The notes beneath the pieces were generated by a model. That model was not told the DNA's origin and made no database searches. It saw nothing but the letters and a program-made list of their open reading frames with translations. The translations under genes were made by a program, and so were the position numbers. 47,127 bases of DNA from a virus (taxonomy: Duplodnaviria; Heunggongvirae; Uroviricota; Caudoviricetes), in the IMG/VR virus record IMGVR_UViG_3300037502_002518, positions 69,712 to 116,838 of that record. One strand, 5' to 3'. Positions 26,646 to 36,295 of this stretch are shown here, in pieces. The number at the start of each line of letters is the position of its first letter. Within the stretch, counting starts at the first letter, position 1.

Positions 26646-27623
26646 CTATGCGATTTTGTAGATACCATATTTAGATGAAGCTAATACAGCCACACCAGCT
26701 TTTTTGATGAACTTGTAATCACGTTGTAAGTCATTACGTTCTTCACTTGTACCTTCAATAATCATTGATTCGCCTTCAAGAACTAATTTAACAAACTTGT
26801 CTGGATTCTTTGGAACAACAAGCAAGAAGTTAGGGTCAATAGCAAATTCATCTGTACCTGCTTTATGAGCTTGGCGCACTTCCATCATGTCAGTACCTTG
26901 GAAGTTACCATAGTAACCGAATTGGTTCTTAGCATCTAAGCTGTTGTTAGATTCTGAATCATAAGTGATTTTACCAAGTGCCTGCTTAGTACCGATAATC
27001 ATTGCTTCCATGCCAGTACCAGCTTCTACGTGAGCAACTAAGTCTGCAAGAGCTGACTCTGTAAATGTACCAGATACAGCATAAGTTTGATTTAATGCAT
27101 TGTAAGAAGCGTAAACAGCTTGATAAATTTCATTTTTAATCTTAGCTTCGTAAGATTTAGATACGTTTTGAACTAGGTCGATAAAGTCTACACGACCTGC
27201 AAGTAAACGAGCAAGCTCTTCATAAACACCAACAGAGTAAATCTTAGTCTTAACAGTTAATTCACCACTGTCTAGACGGTCTCTACGAATATCTTGATTA
27301 CCATCAGAGATGACTGCAACGTCAAACAGTCTGTTTTCACGAACTGTAAACACTTGTGTGTCACCGTGGTCTAACACTACTGTATCTACTAACATATCAA
27401 ATTGGTCTTTAAGACCTTCTTCTACTAAAACATCTAATGCTTCCTCTAAGATAGCAAAGATTTGTGGGTTATCACGTAAAGACTTTGGAGATAACTTTGT
27501 ATTACCACCATTCGCCTCGATTAATTCTTTTCTTAATACTTCCATGCTGTCTGAACGAGAATAATTCGTTACTGAGCCTTGTTGTTTGTAAGCATCAATT
27601 GCTAATTTTGCAATTTCATTCAT
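26646..27623 (-). CDS. Major capsid protein
   Basis: 325 aa, strong highly-expressed codon bias, canonical position after decoration and protease genes. Confidence 0.9.
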   Translation of the reverse strand: MNEIAKLAIDAYKQQGSVTNYSRSDSMEVLRKELIEANGGNTKLSPKSLRDNPQIFAILEEALDVLVEEGLKDQFDMLVDTVVLDHGDTQVFTVRENRLFDVAVISDGNQDIRRDRLDSGELTVKTKIYSVGVYEELARLLAGRVDFIDLVQNVSKSYEAKIKNEIYQAVYASYNALNQTYAVSGTFTESALADLVAHVEAGTGMEAMIIGTKQALGKITYDSESNNSLDAKNQFGYYGNFQGTDMMEVRQAHKAGTDEFAIDPNFLLVVPKNPDKFVKLVLEGESMIIEGTSEERNDLQRDYKFIKKAGVAVLASSKYGIYKIA

Positions 27624-27671
27624 TATTATTTTCCTCCTTGATTTTACCTAATTTTTATTTTTTTATTTTTA

Positions 27672-28160
27672 CTATGCTTTGATTACACGTAAAGCGTAAG
27701 CTGTTGTCATATCATAACCAAGAGTTGTCTCTTCGATTACTTCAAATACTAACGATGGTTCTGGATTAAGACCGTCTGTCTTGTCTACTGATGCATCTAA
27801 AGTCATTGAATTAACTTGCGGAATAGCATATTGACCAACTACTGGTGTACTAGCAAATAAATCTCCTGTTAAAGTGATTACATCACCTTTTGTTAAGTGG
27901 TACGCACGACCAACATCTCCTGCTTCTAAAACAAAGTCTTTAAGACCTGCTTTACGTGGGTCATACATAACTTCTGGAGTTGCATGTAATACAAATTCGT
28001 CTCCAAGAGTTGCTACTGTAGCCTGTTCTGCATTGTAAGTTTCACGAGAACCCTCTACTAAATCACCTAACTGTACAAACAATCCGTTTGTCATGTCTGT
28101 TGCGCCTACGATTGAGGCTAAATGTGTACCTGCAATTTTGTCTAATCTTACTACTGCCAT
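27672..28160 (-). CDS. Capsid decoration/minor head protein (YonC-like)
   Basis: 162 aa. NG.FV.LG, PEVMYD and RAYHL..GD motifs. Highly-expressed codon bias. Confidence 0.7.
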   Translation of the reverse strand: MAVVRLDKIAGTHLASIVGATDMTNGLFVQLGDLVEGSRETYNAEQATVATLGDEFVLHATPEVMYDPRKAGLKDFVLEAGDVGRAYHLTKGDVITLTGDLFASTPVVGQYAIPQVNSMTLDASVDKTDGLNPEPSLVFEVIEETTLGYDMTTAYALRVIKA

Positions 28161-28187
28161 TTGTTTTTCCTCCTTGATATTTCTTTA

Positions 28188-29759
28188 TTATTTTTTATTA
28201 TTTGGTTTAAAACCATGTTTTTCAAAAATCTTACTAATCATATCTAGCCCTTGGTCATTACCTTTAGCATTTACATTGATTTGAACTGAAGGTTCAGTTG
28301 CTTTCTTTGTAAAACTAGCTTTTTTTCGACCTAAGACTTCATATAATTTAGATTCGATTTCTTCAATAGTAAAGTTGTGAACATTTTCTTTAAATTCTTT
28401 GATGTCATCTTCTTCTAATTCTTCAAATGACTCAAATAATTCATTTGCTTTTTCTTCATGTTCTGACTCTAAAGACTTACGTTTAAACTCTTTGAGTTCT
28501 TCATTTTCTTTCTGTAGAGACTCAAAGTTTGCACGTAACATTTCTAAAGCATTTTTCTCATCTTGTGTGAGATATTCTGCGAAAACTTCTCCTAGACTTT
28601 CTACTAATTCTACTTGTTCTTCAACAACTCTGTAAGAGAATTTGTAGTGCTTGTTTTCTTCATAGCTATAAGTAATGAATGTATCTTCAAATACTTCTGT
28701 TACATACATGTCACCATATTCATCTAGCAATCCATAAATTGAAGAGCGAATATCATCATGTGACAACTCAAAAGTTTTAGAGAATGTATTATCTTCTGCA
28801 TCTGATTCTTCTGAATCTTGATTTTCTTCATTTAATTCTTCATCTGATTCATCATCTTCATCTGCATTGTTGTTCTCATCTTCTACAACTTCTTCGTCCT
28901 TAACTTCTTCATCTTTATTCTCTTCTTCTTCTGGCTCATCACCTTCTTCAAATTCAGTGGTTGTCTTGATTGCTTCTTCTACTTTAGAGTCTAATTCTTC
29001 AATAGAAAAATCTTTATAGTCTTGAACTAATTCGGAAAGTTTTTCTTCAGAAATTTCATATTTTTCTAAGATTTTACTTAAATCCATTCCACTGTCCACC
29101 TCCTTTTTCTTTTGTGAAAACGTTGAATAAAACTCATCAAGCTTTCGATTAATCTTCTCATTTATATTATTGTTTGAGAATACAACTTCAACTGTACTTC
29201 CATTCATTGCTGGTAGTACATCTTCGCCAAGTAAACAAGCTCCATCGAATTTGAAGTCTGTAAAGTGGAATAATCCATCATCTTTCCATTCTCCATCAAA
29301 TTCATCGCTTAACTCCATAGATTGGCTAACTTTTCCTTCTTTATTGATGATTTTAATTGCCTCATCAAACTTAGTCCACATAATGGCATCTACAACAAGA
29401 TATTCTCTTATTTTCCCATCAGTTCCCTCACGATGTTTAAATCGTGGGTTACATGACTCTGGAATTACTCCATATGCACTACCTAAGTATTTGATTTTAA
29501 AACCTCCATCTTCAACAACAAGTTCCATTTCATGACCTGCGAAATCTTCTCCTGCATATGTGTCTCTTACAAAACCAAGAATTGGAGTATTTTTTAAGCT
29601 ATCTAATGCATCTAATACTGATTCTTTACTAAAGTAACTTCCATTATAGTTTTCCTCTAGGTGCATAAGCCAAATTTCAACCTCTTGGAATCTTGAGTCA
29701 TGACTCTCGACATTGTTAAAATGGACTTTGATATTTTTTGAAATATCTTCCTTTTTCAA
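28188..29759 (-). CDS. Prohead protease-scaffold fusion (YonD-like)
   Basis: N-domain N.NGSYF...SLKNTPILG...QSMEL...F.GACLLG..V.PAM, followed by an acidic linker and coiled-coil scaffold. Confidence 0.8.
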   Translation of the reverse strand: MKKEDISKNIKVHFNNVESHDSRFQEVEIWLMHLEENYNGSYFSKESVLDALDSLKNTPILGFVRDTYAGEDFAGHEMELVVEDGGFKIKYLGSAYGVIPESCNPRFKHREGTDGKIREYLVVDAIMWTKFDEAIKIINKEGKVSQSMELSDEFDGEWKDDGLFHFTDFKFDGACLLGEDVLPAMNGSTVEVVFSNNNINEKINRKLDEFYSTFSQKKKEVDSGMDLSKILEKYEISEEKLSELVQDYKDFSIEELDSKVEEAIKTTTEFEEGDEPEEEENKDEEVKDEEVVEDENNNADEDDESDEELNEENQDSEESDAEDNTFSKTFELSHDDIRSSIYGLLDEYGDMYVTEVFEDTFITYSYEENKHYKFSYRVVEEQVELVESLGEVFAEYLTQDEKNALEMLRANFESLQKENEELKEFKRKSLESEHEEKANELFESFEELEEDDIKEFKENVHNFTIEEIESKLYEVLGRKKASFTKKATEPSVQINVNAKGNDQGLDMISKIFEKHGFKPNNKK

Positions 29760-29774
29760 ATTTATCCCTCCCTT

Positions 29775-31256
29775 CTATTGCCTACTATCATTGTCTGCTC
29801 TGTCTCTTTGTAACTCTCCACCTTCTGTTAGTTCATCATCCTCAACTTCTGGTCTCCCTGCTTCAGAAGAAGCCGATTCAGTTTGAGTGTGAGAACTTTT
29901 TAAAGGTTTAAATTTATCTGTAATTCCCAATATGTCTTCTTCTAGGAAGTTCATAGAAACTCCAGCACTAGGAGACAGACCATAAGAAGCAAGCAATCTA
30001 AGTTTTACAGGAAGCCCATACTGAGCGCCTTTTAACAACATCTCTGTCTTTTCTTTTGAATTAAATACAGTAGTGTCTAAAATGACAGCCCTAAATACAT
30101 TTGTTCCCTTGATTGAATTTTTAATCTTAGAGTTGATAACCCTCTCTACTTGTCTCAGTAAGGCAAATACTTCAGCCTCATCAATTTTTATTGACTTTTC
30201 AAGAATACCATTTGTTGGTTTATCAATATTGAATAGGGCTTGGTTTGAACCCCCTGCGGAGTAAAAGCTTCTCTCTGCTTCCCTTACACCATCTTTATTT
30301 GAGTTGTCTTTTGAAAATTCAACTGTATCAATCTCAAATGGTGATGCAATAAGACCAATCTCTTCTGGAACAACATTTGCTGTTTTTCCATGGAAGGCAT
30401 TAACTGTTTTTAAATCAATTAAGAAGTCATTATTTTTATCTGACTCTTTTCTCATTGGAATTTTTTGAATTAAAAATTTATAGTTTTCAATGATTGAATT
30501 TACTTTCCCCAATGCTTTATATTCTTCAATGTCAAAAATATCTGCAAACAATCCAGCGAAAGGAGGTATATCATAATACAACTCTTCATCTATCTTTAAA
30601 CAAATAGACTTTTCTGGTTCAACTTCTTGAAAAGCATTCCCTGTTGTGTTATACTCTCTATACATAGACTGAAAAATCTCTGGGTATCTTTCTAAATCTT
30701 CTGGGGTACTATCAAAGTAACTCATGTCAAAACTAAAGGTAAAAACACCATCAGATATACCACTTATTTGACAATATTGAAATGGCAACTCAAATATAAA
30801 ATAGCTATTGTCTATTTCCATTTCATATCCGTAAAATGTCCCAACTTTCCAAGCTTGCTTTAGAACTTTTTGAAATTCATGCTTTATGTTCATGTTTTCA
30901 ACTTTTTTAATAGCCTTAATATAATTATTTCTTAATGTTTTCTCATTAATATTTTTTGAAGTATCAAGCTCTTTTAGTTCTACATAATGGTCTAATGTTG
31001 GCATTTTTGCTAAGAAATTTATAAATCTTCTGTAGTGGGTGCTATTGTTATAAATAAATGAGCTTAAGCTTTGAAGCTCCTTTGAATATCTGATAGGATT
31101 ATTAAGATATGTTTGAACGTTATCTCTATTGTAAGTTGAATACCTTGCTCTTGTTTGTGAATTCAAATCCTTTATGATAAAATCTGAAAGCTGAGCAAAA
31201 TTCCATTTTACCATATCCCTTTTAAAATCCTCTTCTTTTTTTAATGCTTTACTCAA
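29775..31256 (-). CDS. Portal protein (YonE-like)
   Basis: 493 aa, downstream of terminase. YC.ISG..DG.F.FSFDMSYF and LKGAQYGLP motifs. Confidence 0.85.
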   Translation of the reverse strand: MSKALKKEEDFKRDMVKWNFAQLSDFIIKDLNSQTRARYSTYNRDNVQTYLNNPIRYSKELQSLSSFIYNNSTHYRRFINFLAKMPTLDHYVELKELDTSKNINEKTLRNNYIKAIKKVENMNIKHEFQKVLKQAWKVGTFYGYEMEIDNSYFIFELPFQYCQISGISDGVFTFSFDMSYFDSTPEDLERYPEIFQSMYREYNTTGNAFQEVEPEKSICLKIDEELYYDIPPFAGLFADIFDIEEYKALGKVNSIIENYKFLIQKIPMRKESDKNNDFLIDLKTVNAFHGKTANVVPEEIGLIASPFEIDTVEFSKDNSNKDGVREAERSFYSAGGSNQALFNIDKPTNGILEKSIKIDEAEVFALLRQVERVINSKIKNSIKGTNVFRAVILDTTVFNSKEKTEMLLKGAQYGLPVKLRLLASYGLSPSAGVSMNFLEEDILGITDKFKPLKSSHTQTESASSEAGRPEVEDDELTEGGELQRDRADNDSRQ

Positions 31257-31270
31257 TAAAACTCACCTCC

Positions 31271-32953
31271 CTACCATTTTTTCTTTCTCTTATTGAAGTT
31301 TACACTCCTACCAACAAAATACTTTGATGGGTCTCCCATATCTTCATCTTTGATTAGTTTGTTTTTCTTTTCTTCAAGATAAATCCAAAATAAACCATAT
31401 TCTAAAGCTGAGAACCTATCTTTTTGTATTCCATTTGATATTCTTTTTACATCCGTATTTATACCAGACTGCTTATATTCAAGGTTCATGACCTCTTCTT
31501 GTAAGAAGTCTGTCATTGTAAATGGTCTTAAATGTTCAGCTATGTTTTCATCTTTTCCTTTGTAATTCATTTTTGCATTTGATTCTGATTCTAAAAACTT
31601 AACTTGGTTGTTACCAACCCATCTAATAAATAAGTTGTGAATGTCTGAAGCCTTTTGCTCTTTTGTTTGAGACTTAACAGCATAAATCATAGGTACACTT
31701 TCTGATGTTTTATATCTTTTGTACCTGTCGTCATTTATAACTTCATATGGTGGATTTGTATCCAAGTCTGGAGCAACTAGATAATCAACTAAACCTTGCC
31801 CTAAACCATTAGCATCCAAAACTAAAACTCTTGCTCTAAAGTCATTTACTTTTTCTTTTAGAAACATCGCCTGTTCTCTGAAGTGAGTACCTTCAAAAGT
31901 GTATATATTGACAACATGCTTGGAGAATGTTCCATCTCCTCTTTTTCTTATCTTTATAACCACTAAAGCACTTTGAGCGTTTGCACTGCCCTCAGACCTT
32001 GCAACGTCATAACTTAAAATGTACTCGAAATCCTTATCCTTAACTGCCTTGGTTTCTGCTGTTTTTAAAATTCTAGATTTTCTAAAAGATTCTAAATCAA
32101 CTAAAGAGCTTTCACTAGAACCCGACCAAACACTTCCGTACTCTCTTAAGAAAGAAACTGGATTAAAGTTTGGGGAGTCTTTTAGTTCGTTAATGTAAGA
32201 TATATCTAATAAGTCTACTGATGTAGGAAGTTCATATGATGAACCCAAAACAAAAGCTGACTTTCCTTCTACCATATCTTGAAAATATTCTTGTAAAAGG
32301 TTGTAAGCAAAAGACTGCTTCGTACCGGCTGTTGTGACTATAGTCACCTTTTTCGATAATTCATATGGGTCTTGACCCCCACAACTTGCCATTCTATTAT
32401 TCGCCATAATAGGTAATAATACCTTTGTATAGTTCTCTTCATCAAATCTTTCGTGAATAATCTCCTCTACTGAAAGCCCATGTCTTCTTAAACCACGAGA
32501 AGATTCTCTATTGGCTACAACATCGAGTATTGCGCCATTCCAAAAAACAAGTTTTGTATAATCTTTGTCAAATTTAAAAGACTTTACTTCATTTTTTAAC
32601 AAAGGAATAAAATCCCATATTGCTTCAATATTTTGTTGAGCAATATCACTTGCCATTTGTTTTTGTGGAGCTGTAATCATTATCTTTATGTTTGGATATA
32701 ATATACACTCTATCATTTTTGCTAATACTTCCAAGAACGACTTAGAAGCACCACGAGTTAAGGTAAAATATGTTCTTCTGTATCTGAACATTATTCTCAA
32801 AATAATCCTCTGATAGAAGAATAACTTAAATTTTGATTTTTCTGGAAGTAAAAAGTCAACAAAAAGGTCTGGATAAGACCTAAACAGAGATAAATACTCT
32901 GTCCAATCATCCATCATGGCATCTAGCATCTTACTTCTTTTTGGCTTATTCAT
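31271..32953 (-). CDS. terL: Terminase large subunit
   Basis: Walker A-like TRGASKS, RGLRRH..VEE (Walker B), nuclease YDVAR...D.NGLG...KDRFSAL. Confidence 0.93.
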   Translation of the reverse strand: MNKPKRSKMLDAMMDDWTEYLSLFRSYPDLFVDFLLPEKSKFKLFFYQRIILRIMFRYRRTYFTLTRGASKSFLEVLAKMIECILYPNIKIMITAPQKQMASDIAQQNIEAIWDFIPLLKNEVKSFKFDKDYTKLVFWNGAILDVVANRESSRGLRRHGLSVEEIIHERFDEENYTKVLLPIMANNRMASCGGQDPYELSKKVTIVTTAGTKQSFAYNLLQEYFQDMVEGKSAFVLGSSYELPTSVDLLDISYINELKDSPNFNPVSFLREYGSVWSGSSESSLVDLESFRKSRILKTAETKAVKDKDFEYILSYDVARSEGSANAQSALVVIKIRKRGDGTFSKHVVNIYTFEGTHFREQAMFLKEKVNDFRARVLVLDANGLGQGLVDYLVAPDLDTNPPYEVINDDRYKRYKTSESVPMIYAVKSQTKEQKASDIHNLFIRWVGNNQVKFLESESNAKMNYKGKDENIAEHLRPFTMTDFLQEEVMNLEYKQSGINTDVKRISNGIQKDRFSALEYGLFWIYLEEKKNKLIKDEDMGDPSKYFVGRSVNFNKRKKKW

Positions 32954-33869
32954 CTAAATCACCATTTTTTGTCAACTTTTCTTCTCTAAGCAATTCTTCG
33001 CCATGAAGAGACTCTCTGACTTCGTTCGGCAATTTATCCATTTTCCCATGACCAACGAGTTGTCTTGTGTAGTTTAATATAGATAATATAGCAACATCTA
33101 CAATGTCCATCTTTTCTTCAACAGGTTTTGGCTCAACATAACCTCTTTTTTCAACCTCTTCAAAGATTGTACTAAAGTTACGAATACCAACTGATTCATC
33201 TGATGATTTTCTATCTTTTGGCTTAAAACCAGAAGAGTCTAAGATTTTCTCATACCTGTCATTATAATTCTTAAATGCTGTATGGTCTCCTTCTTGAAGC
33301 GCTCTATCCATCAAAATTTGGATTTGACATAGTAGCTTTAGTTGCTTTTTGAGCTGTGGAGTGTTAATATCGTGTGAAATTTCCATATCTTGATAAAACT
33401 TCTCCATCTCAAGGTACTCCCTATTGGAATATCCTGCTCCATACTTTATAATCAAATCTTTTGACATTTCTATTTTGCCATTCTCTGTCTCAAGCTCTTC
33501 CATCAATTCAACATTTATTGGATTGTCTTCGATTGACTCAACTTCTTCATCAAGAGTGACATCACTGTCCTTAAAAGTTAAACTCTTATATCTCATCAGT
33601 GACGAAATAGCCTTTAAATATTGACCAAAAGCACTTTCTTTTTCTTTAGATTTCTTCCAAACATCAATAATGAAAGGTCTGTCCAAAATCATAAGCATGT
33701 TTTTTACTGAATCTAAATCTTTTGGGTCTACACTCCAGTTAACACATGCCTTACAAAATGGAGAATATCCATCTTTATACTTGCTTGAACTAGTTGTGTA
33801 AAAATTCCTTACTGACTTTGACTTTCTACATTTTTCACATGTTTTTCTCTCTGTTTTATTATTTGACAT
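32946..33869 (-). CDS. Putative terminase small subunit (N-terminal Cys4 zinc finger; YonG-like)
   Basis: CEKC...FY...CKAC, YGAGY...EY and DIVD..I motifs. Overlaps the terL start. Confidence 0.65.
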   Translation of the reverse strand: MSNNKTERKTCEKCRKSKSVRNFYTTSSSKYKDGYSPFCKACVNWSVDPKDLDSVKNMLMILDRPFIIDVWKKSKEKESAFGQYLKAISSLMRYKSLTFKDSDVTLDEEVESIEDNPINVELMEELETENGKIEMSKDLIIKYGAGYSNREYLEMEKFYQDMEISHDINTPQLKKQLKLLCQIQILMDRALQEGDHTAFKNYNDRYEKILDSSGFKPKDRKSSDESVGIRNFSTIFEEVEKRGYVEPKPVEEKMDIVDVAILSILNYTRQLVGHGKMDKLPNEVRESLHGEELLREEKLTKNGDLDE

Positions 33870-33997
33870 ATTCTCAACTCCCTTTACTCAAACCTCAATA
33901 ATATGTCTGTGGCTCAAAATTAGGGCTTCTGATAAATTTTAATAACAATCTAGTATGATTGCACCTAAGATGTTAAAAACTTCTCTATCGCCTTTAT

Positions 33998-35236
33998 TTA
34001 GCGTTTAAATGATATGTTAATCGGAATAACTTCATTTTCTCCGATTACGATAATTCCTTGACTTGCAGGGCTATCAAATTTTAATGTTTTTCCAAACTCT
34101 GTAGCTCCCTGTAGACAACCAGATTGGTAAACCATTCTATTATGATTCTCTGTAGTCACCTTAAAGTTGTGGAAATGTCCCATGCAAACAATGTCAATTA
34201 ATTTATTTTCAAAGGAGATATGTTTTGATACAATGTTTCTATCATTTTGACTATCTCTATCTCCATGTACAACCTTAATTGTCTTCCCTTTAATATCAAA
34301 AATTGCTCTTTCTACATCATAGCCACTGTCATTTACAGTAATATTTGGATTTTTAACTCTAGAAATAATTGACTTGATAGATTCATGAATGATATATTCT
34401 GCTGAATCTTTTTCAACAGTTTCTTTCTTATTGCTCATTCTTCCATGATTCCCTCTTACTGAGCCTCTGTAAATAACTTTTCCAAATTCAGATAACGATT
34501 CAATCATATAGAACATAAGTTCTGTTGCTTTCACAATCTGTTCTGAAAAGTTAAACTCTGCATTGAAAGATTGTGTATTTTTATGCATATATAAGTTTTC
34601 TACCATATCTCCCATATGAACAACATTGAATACATTGATATTAAAGGTCTTTGCATAATGAACAATTCCCTCAATGTATTCATCAATTCTTGAATATGCA
34701 ATGTCTAAGCTAAAATGTTCATCCAAGTATCCAATGTGCCAATCTGACGGAAGAACTAGCATCTCTCTATCTCTATTAATATCTTTAACTTCTTTAACAG
34801 ATGACTCTCTAATTTCTAAACCTTTAAAACTATCGACAATATCTTGAATTAATAAAGATTTATCAACAATACTTCTTTTAATTTTTCCAAGGTTTTGTGT
34901 TTGAAGTTGAACTTCACGTTTAGTATAATAAAGCTCTCCTACAGCCTCTTTAATTGACTCAAGCTTTTTTGAAGAGACAATCTCTGCATATTTCTCTTTT
35001 TCTGGAAGCTCTCCAATATTTTTTTGATGAGATTTAACAAGAACCCTATAATTCTCATTTTTGTCTGAATTGTCATAGCCTTCTTTTTCCATTAGCTTCT
35101 TGTGCTTTGCCCAAGAGCATCTATAAGAAGGACTAGATTTTTGCAATTCAATTTTAATTTGAACTGCAACATCTAGGTGGTCTTTTGATACTTCGACTTT
35201 TTCTCCTTTTGAATTTACATAGCTACGAAAAGTCAT
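33998..35236 (-). CDS. Calcineurin-like metallophosphoesterase (YonJ-like)
   Basis: SDWHIG, GDMVEN, GNHGR, HGD and GHFH metallophosphoesterase motifs. Confidence 0.85.
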   Translation of the reverse strand: MTFRSYVNSKGEKVEVSKDHLDVAVQIKIELQKSSPSYRCSWAKHKKLMEKEGYDNSDKNENYRVLVKSHQKNIGELPEKEKYAEIVSSKKLESIKEAVGELYYTKREVQLQTQNLGKIKRSIVDKSLLIQDIVDSFKGLEIRESSVKEVKDINRDREMLVLPSDWHIGYLDEHFSLDIAYSRIDEYIEGIVHYAKTFNINVFNVVHMGDMVENLYMHKNTQSFNAEFNFSEQIVKATELMFYMIESLSEFGKVIYRGSVRGNHGRMSNKKETVEKDSAEYIIHESIKSIISRVKNPNITVNDSGYDVERAIFDIKGKTIKVVHGDRDSQNDRNIVSKHISFENKLIDIVCMGHFHNFKVTTENHNRMVYQSGCLQGATEFGKTLKFDSPASQGIIVIGENEVIPINISFKR

Positions 35237-35430
35237 TACTGAATACCTTCGTCTAATTTAATTTTATGGGAAAAAGCCATTTTAATTTCTTGACCATCAA
35301 AATGTTTTAAAAGCTCCTCTAAGTCATGAACAATTTCTTCTTCCTCAGTTACTTCTGAAATTGTCATATTTTGAAAATCTAAAACACCTGTTAAGTTATA
35401 ACCTAAAGTTTTTGTTGATTTAATTGCCAT
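35236..35430 (-). CDS. YonK-like small protein
   Basis: 64 aa. G.LD..NM.I.E......DL.E.L..FDG..I pattern. Synteny upstream of the YonJ-like gene. Confidence 0.7.
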   Translation of the reverse strand: MAIKSTKTLGYNLTGVLDFQNMTISEVTEEEEIVHDLEELLKHFDGQEIKMAFSHKIKLDEGIQ

Positions 35431-35470
35431 TTTTCATATCTCCCTTTTCTCATTGTTATTTTAATAATAA

Positions 35471-35494
35471 AAAATCCTACAGGTGTAGGATTTT
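35471..35494 (-). terminator. Intrinsic terminator after the tRNA cluster
   Basis: AAAATCCTAC-aggt-GTAGGATTTT, with T-rich tail on the minus strand. Confidence 0.7.
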
Positions 35495-35526
35495 GATTAA
35501 ATATATTTATAATGTATGTTTATTAG

Positions 35527-35836
35527 CGCCCCATAGATGACTCGAACATCTGACCCACGCTTTAGCTTACCAACTACAGTTTTCACTGCCATTTTAGTGT
35601 TTGTGGTCTGGACTATAACTTCATCATTTCAGATGCGACACGTTTAGTCTCTACGGAATCTCAATCAATAGTCTTACCTGCATAAGCCATTCAAACTATC
35701 TCGTTTCCTCGGTATTTCCATCAGCATTACCTGTTAAGGTTTCACCGATACGGTGTCGTGCATTTCATAAGTTGCTTTTCCCTATGAAAGCTCCTATAAT
35801 TGAAGAGCGTTGCTCTATCCACTGAGCTAATGGGGC
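35527..35836 (-). tRNA. trnR: tRNA-Arg(UCU) interrupted by a group I intron
   Basis: Exons join to GCCCCAT TA GCTC AGTGGATA GAGC A ACGCT CT T|CT AA AGCGT GGGTC AGATG TTCGAGT CATCT ATGGGGC G, a perfect cloverleaf. CCA is not encoded. Confidence 0.92.
35566..35802 (-). ncRNA. Group I self-splicing intron (237 nt, no ORF)
   Basis: P CGTATCGGTGAAAC, Q AATACCGAGGA, R GTAGAGACTAAACG, S AAGTTATAGTCC. P3 CGACAC/GTGTCG, P7 GACTA/TAGTC, P9 GCAGT-GAAA-ACTGT. Terminal G, and U before the 5' splice site. Confidence 0.93.
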
Positions 35837-36149
35837 TTGATAAATTAATGCTATCTCGACTCGAAAAGCTACTTATGCCCCTTATCAAAGTTAAGTCAAG
35901 TATAGCCCTCTGCCTACTTAACTAGTATTTCAACAGAAGTTTTTTGTGGCATCTTATTTCAGCGACTCATCGCTTGATAAACTTGTGGTCAACAGTCTAT
36001 ATTCTTAACATAGCTATATTAGTTTGTTTAATTAAGAATAAGACCTACACAAGAGCGTGTGACCTATCTTGGTACGCTACTTATTGTAAGCGTGATAGGT
36101 ACTATTTGAGCCAGACCTCTTTTTAGTCGCATATCTGGTAGCGACAAAT

Positions 36150-36220
36150 CAAGAGCAATAGGATTTGAACCTATATGGCTGGTTTTTGAGACCAGAATCT
36201 TACCATTAGATGATGCCCTT
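36150..36220 (-). tRNA. tRNA with Trp-like body but CAA anticodon
   Basis: AAGGGCA TC ATCT AATGGTA AGAT T CTGGT CT-CAA-AA ACCAG CCAT ATAGG TTCAAAT CCTAT TGCTCTT G. Short variable loop, G73. Confidence 0.8.
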
Positions 36221-36224
36221 ATAT

Positions 36225-36295
36225 TGGACTCGGAGAATTCTGACATCTCACCTTTTCCCTTTTTGGGGACTGCTCTTCCTTTAAGCTACGAGTCC
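36225..36295 (-). tRNA. tRNA-like element/pseudo-tRNA (6-nt anticodon loop, atypical T-loop)
   Basis: Acceptor GGACTCG/CGAGTCC (7 bp), D-arm GCTT/GAGC, TCCC-CAAAAA-GGGA, T-arm GAGA-TGTCAGAAT-TCTC, A73. Confidence 0.6.

Noticed and set aside
35850-35925. Twister-ribozyme-like GCAGAGGG motif
   Set aside because: No matching CCC pseudoknot partner or UAA-P2 arrangement was found.
35950-35985. Hammerhead-like GATGAGTCGCTGAAAT string
   Set aside because: Lacks the CUGA core and stem II closure. It is explained by a simple AGCGA/TCGCT hairpin.
35944-36246. Short ORFs 35944..36126 (+) and 36064..36246 (-)
   Set aside because: They overlap tRNA and hairpin elements, and have no RBS or recognisable motif.
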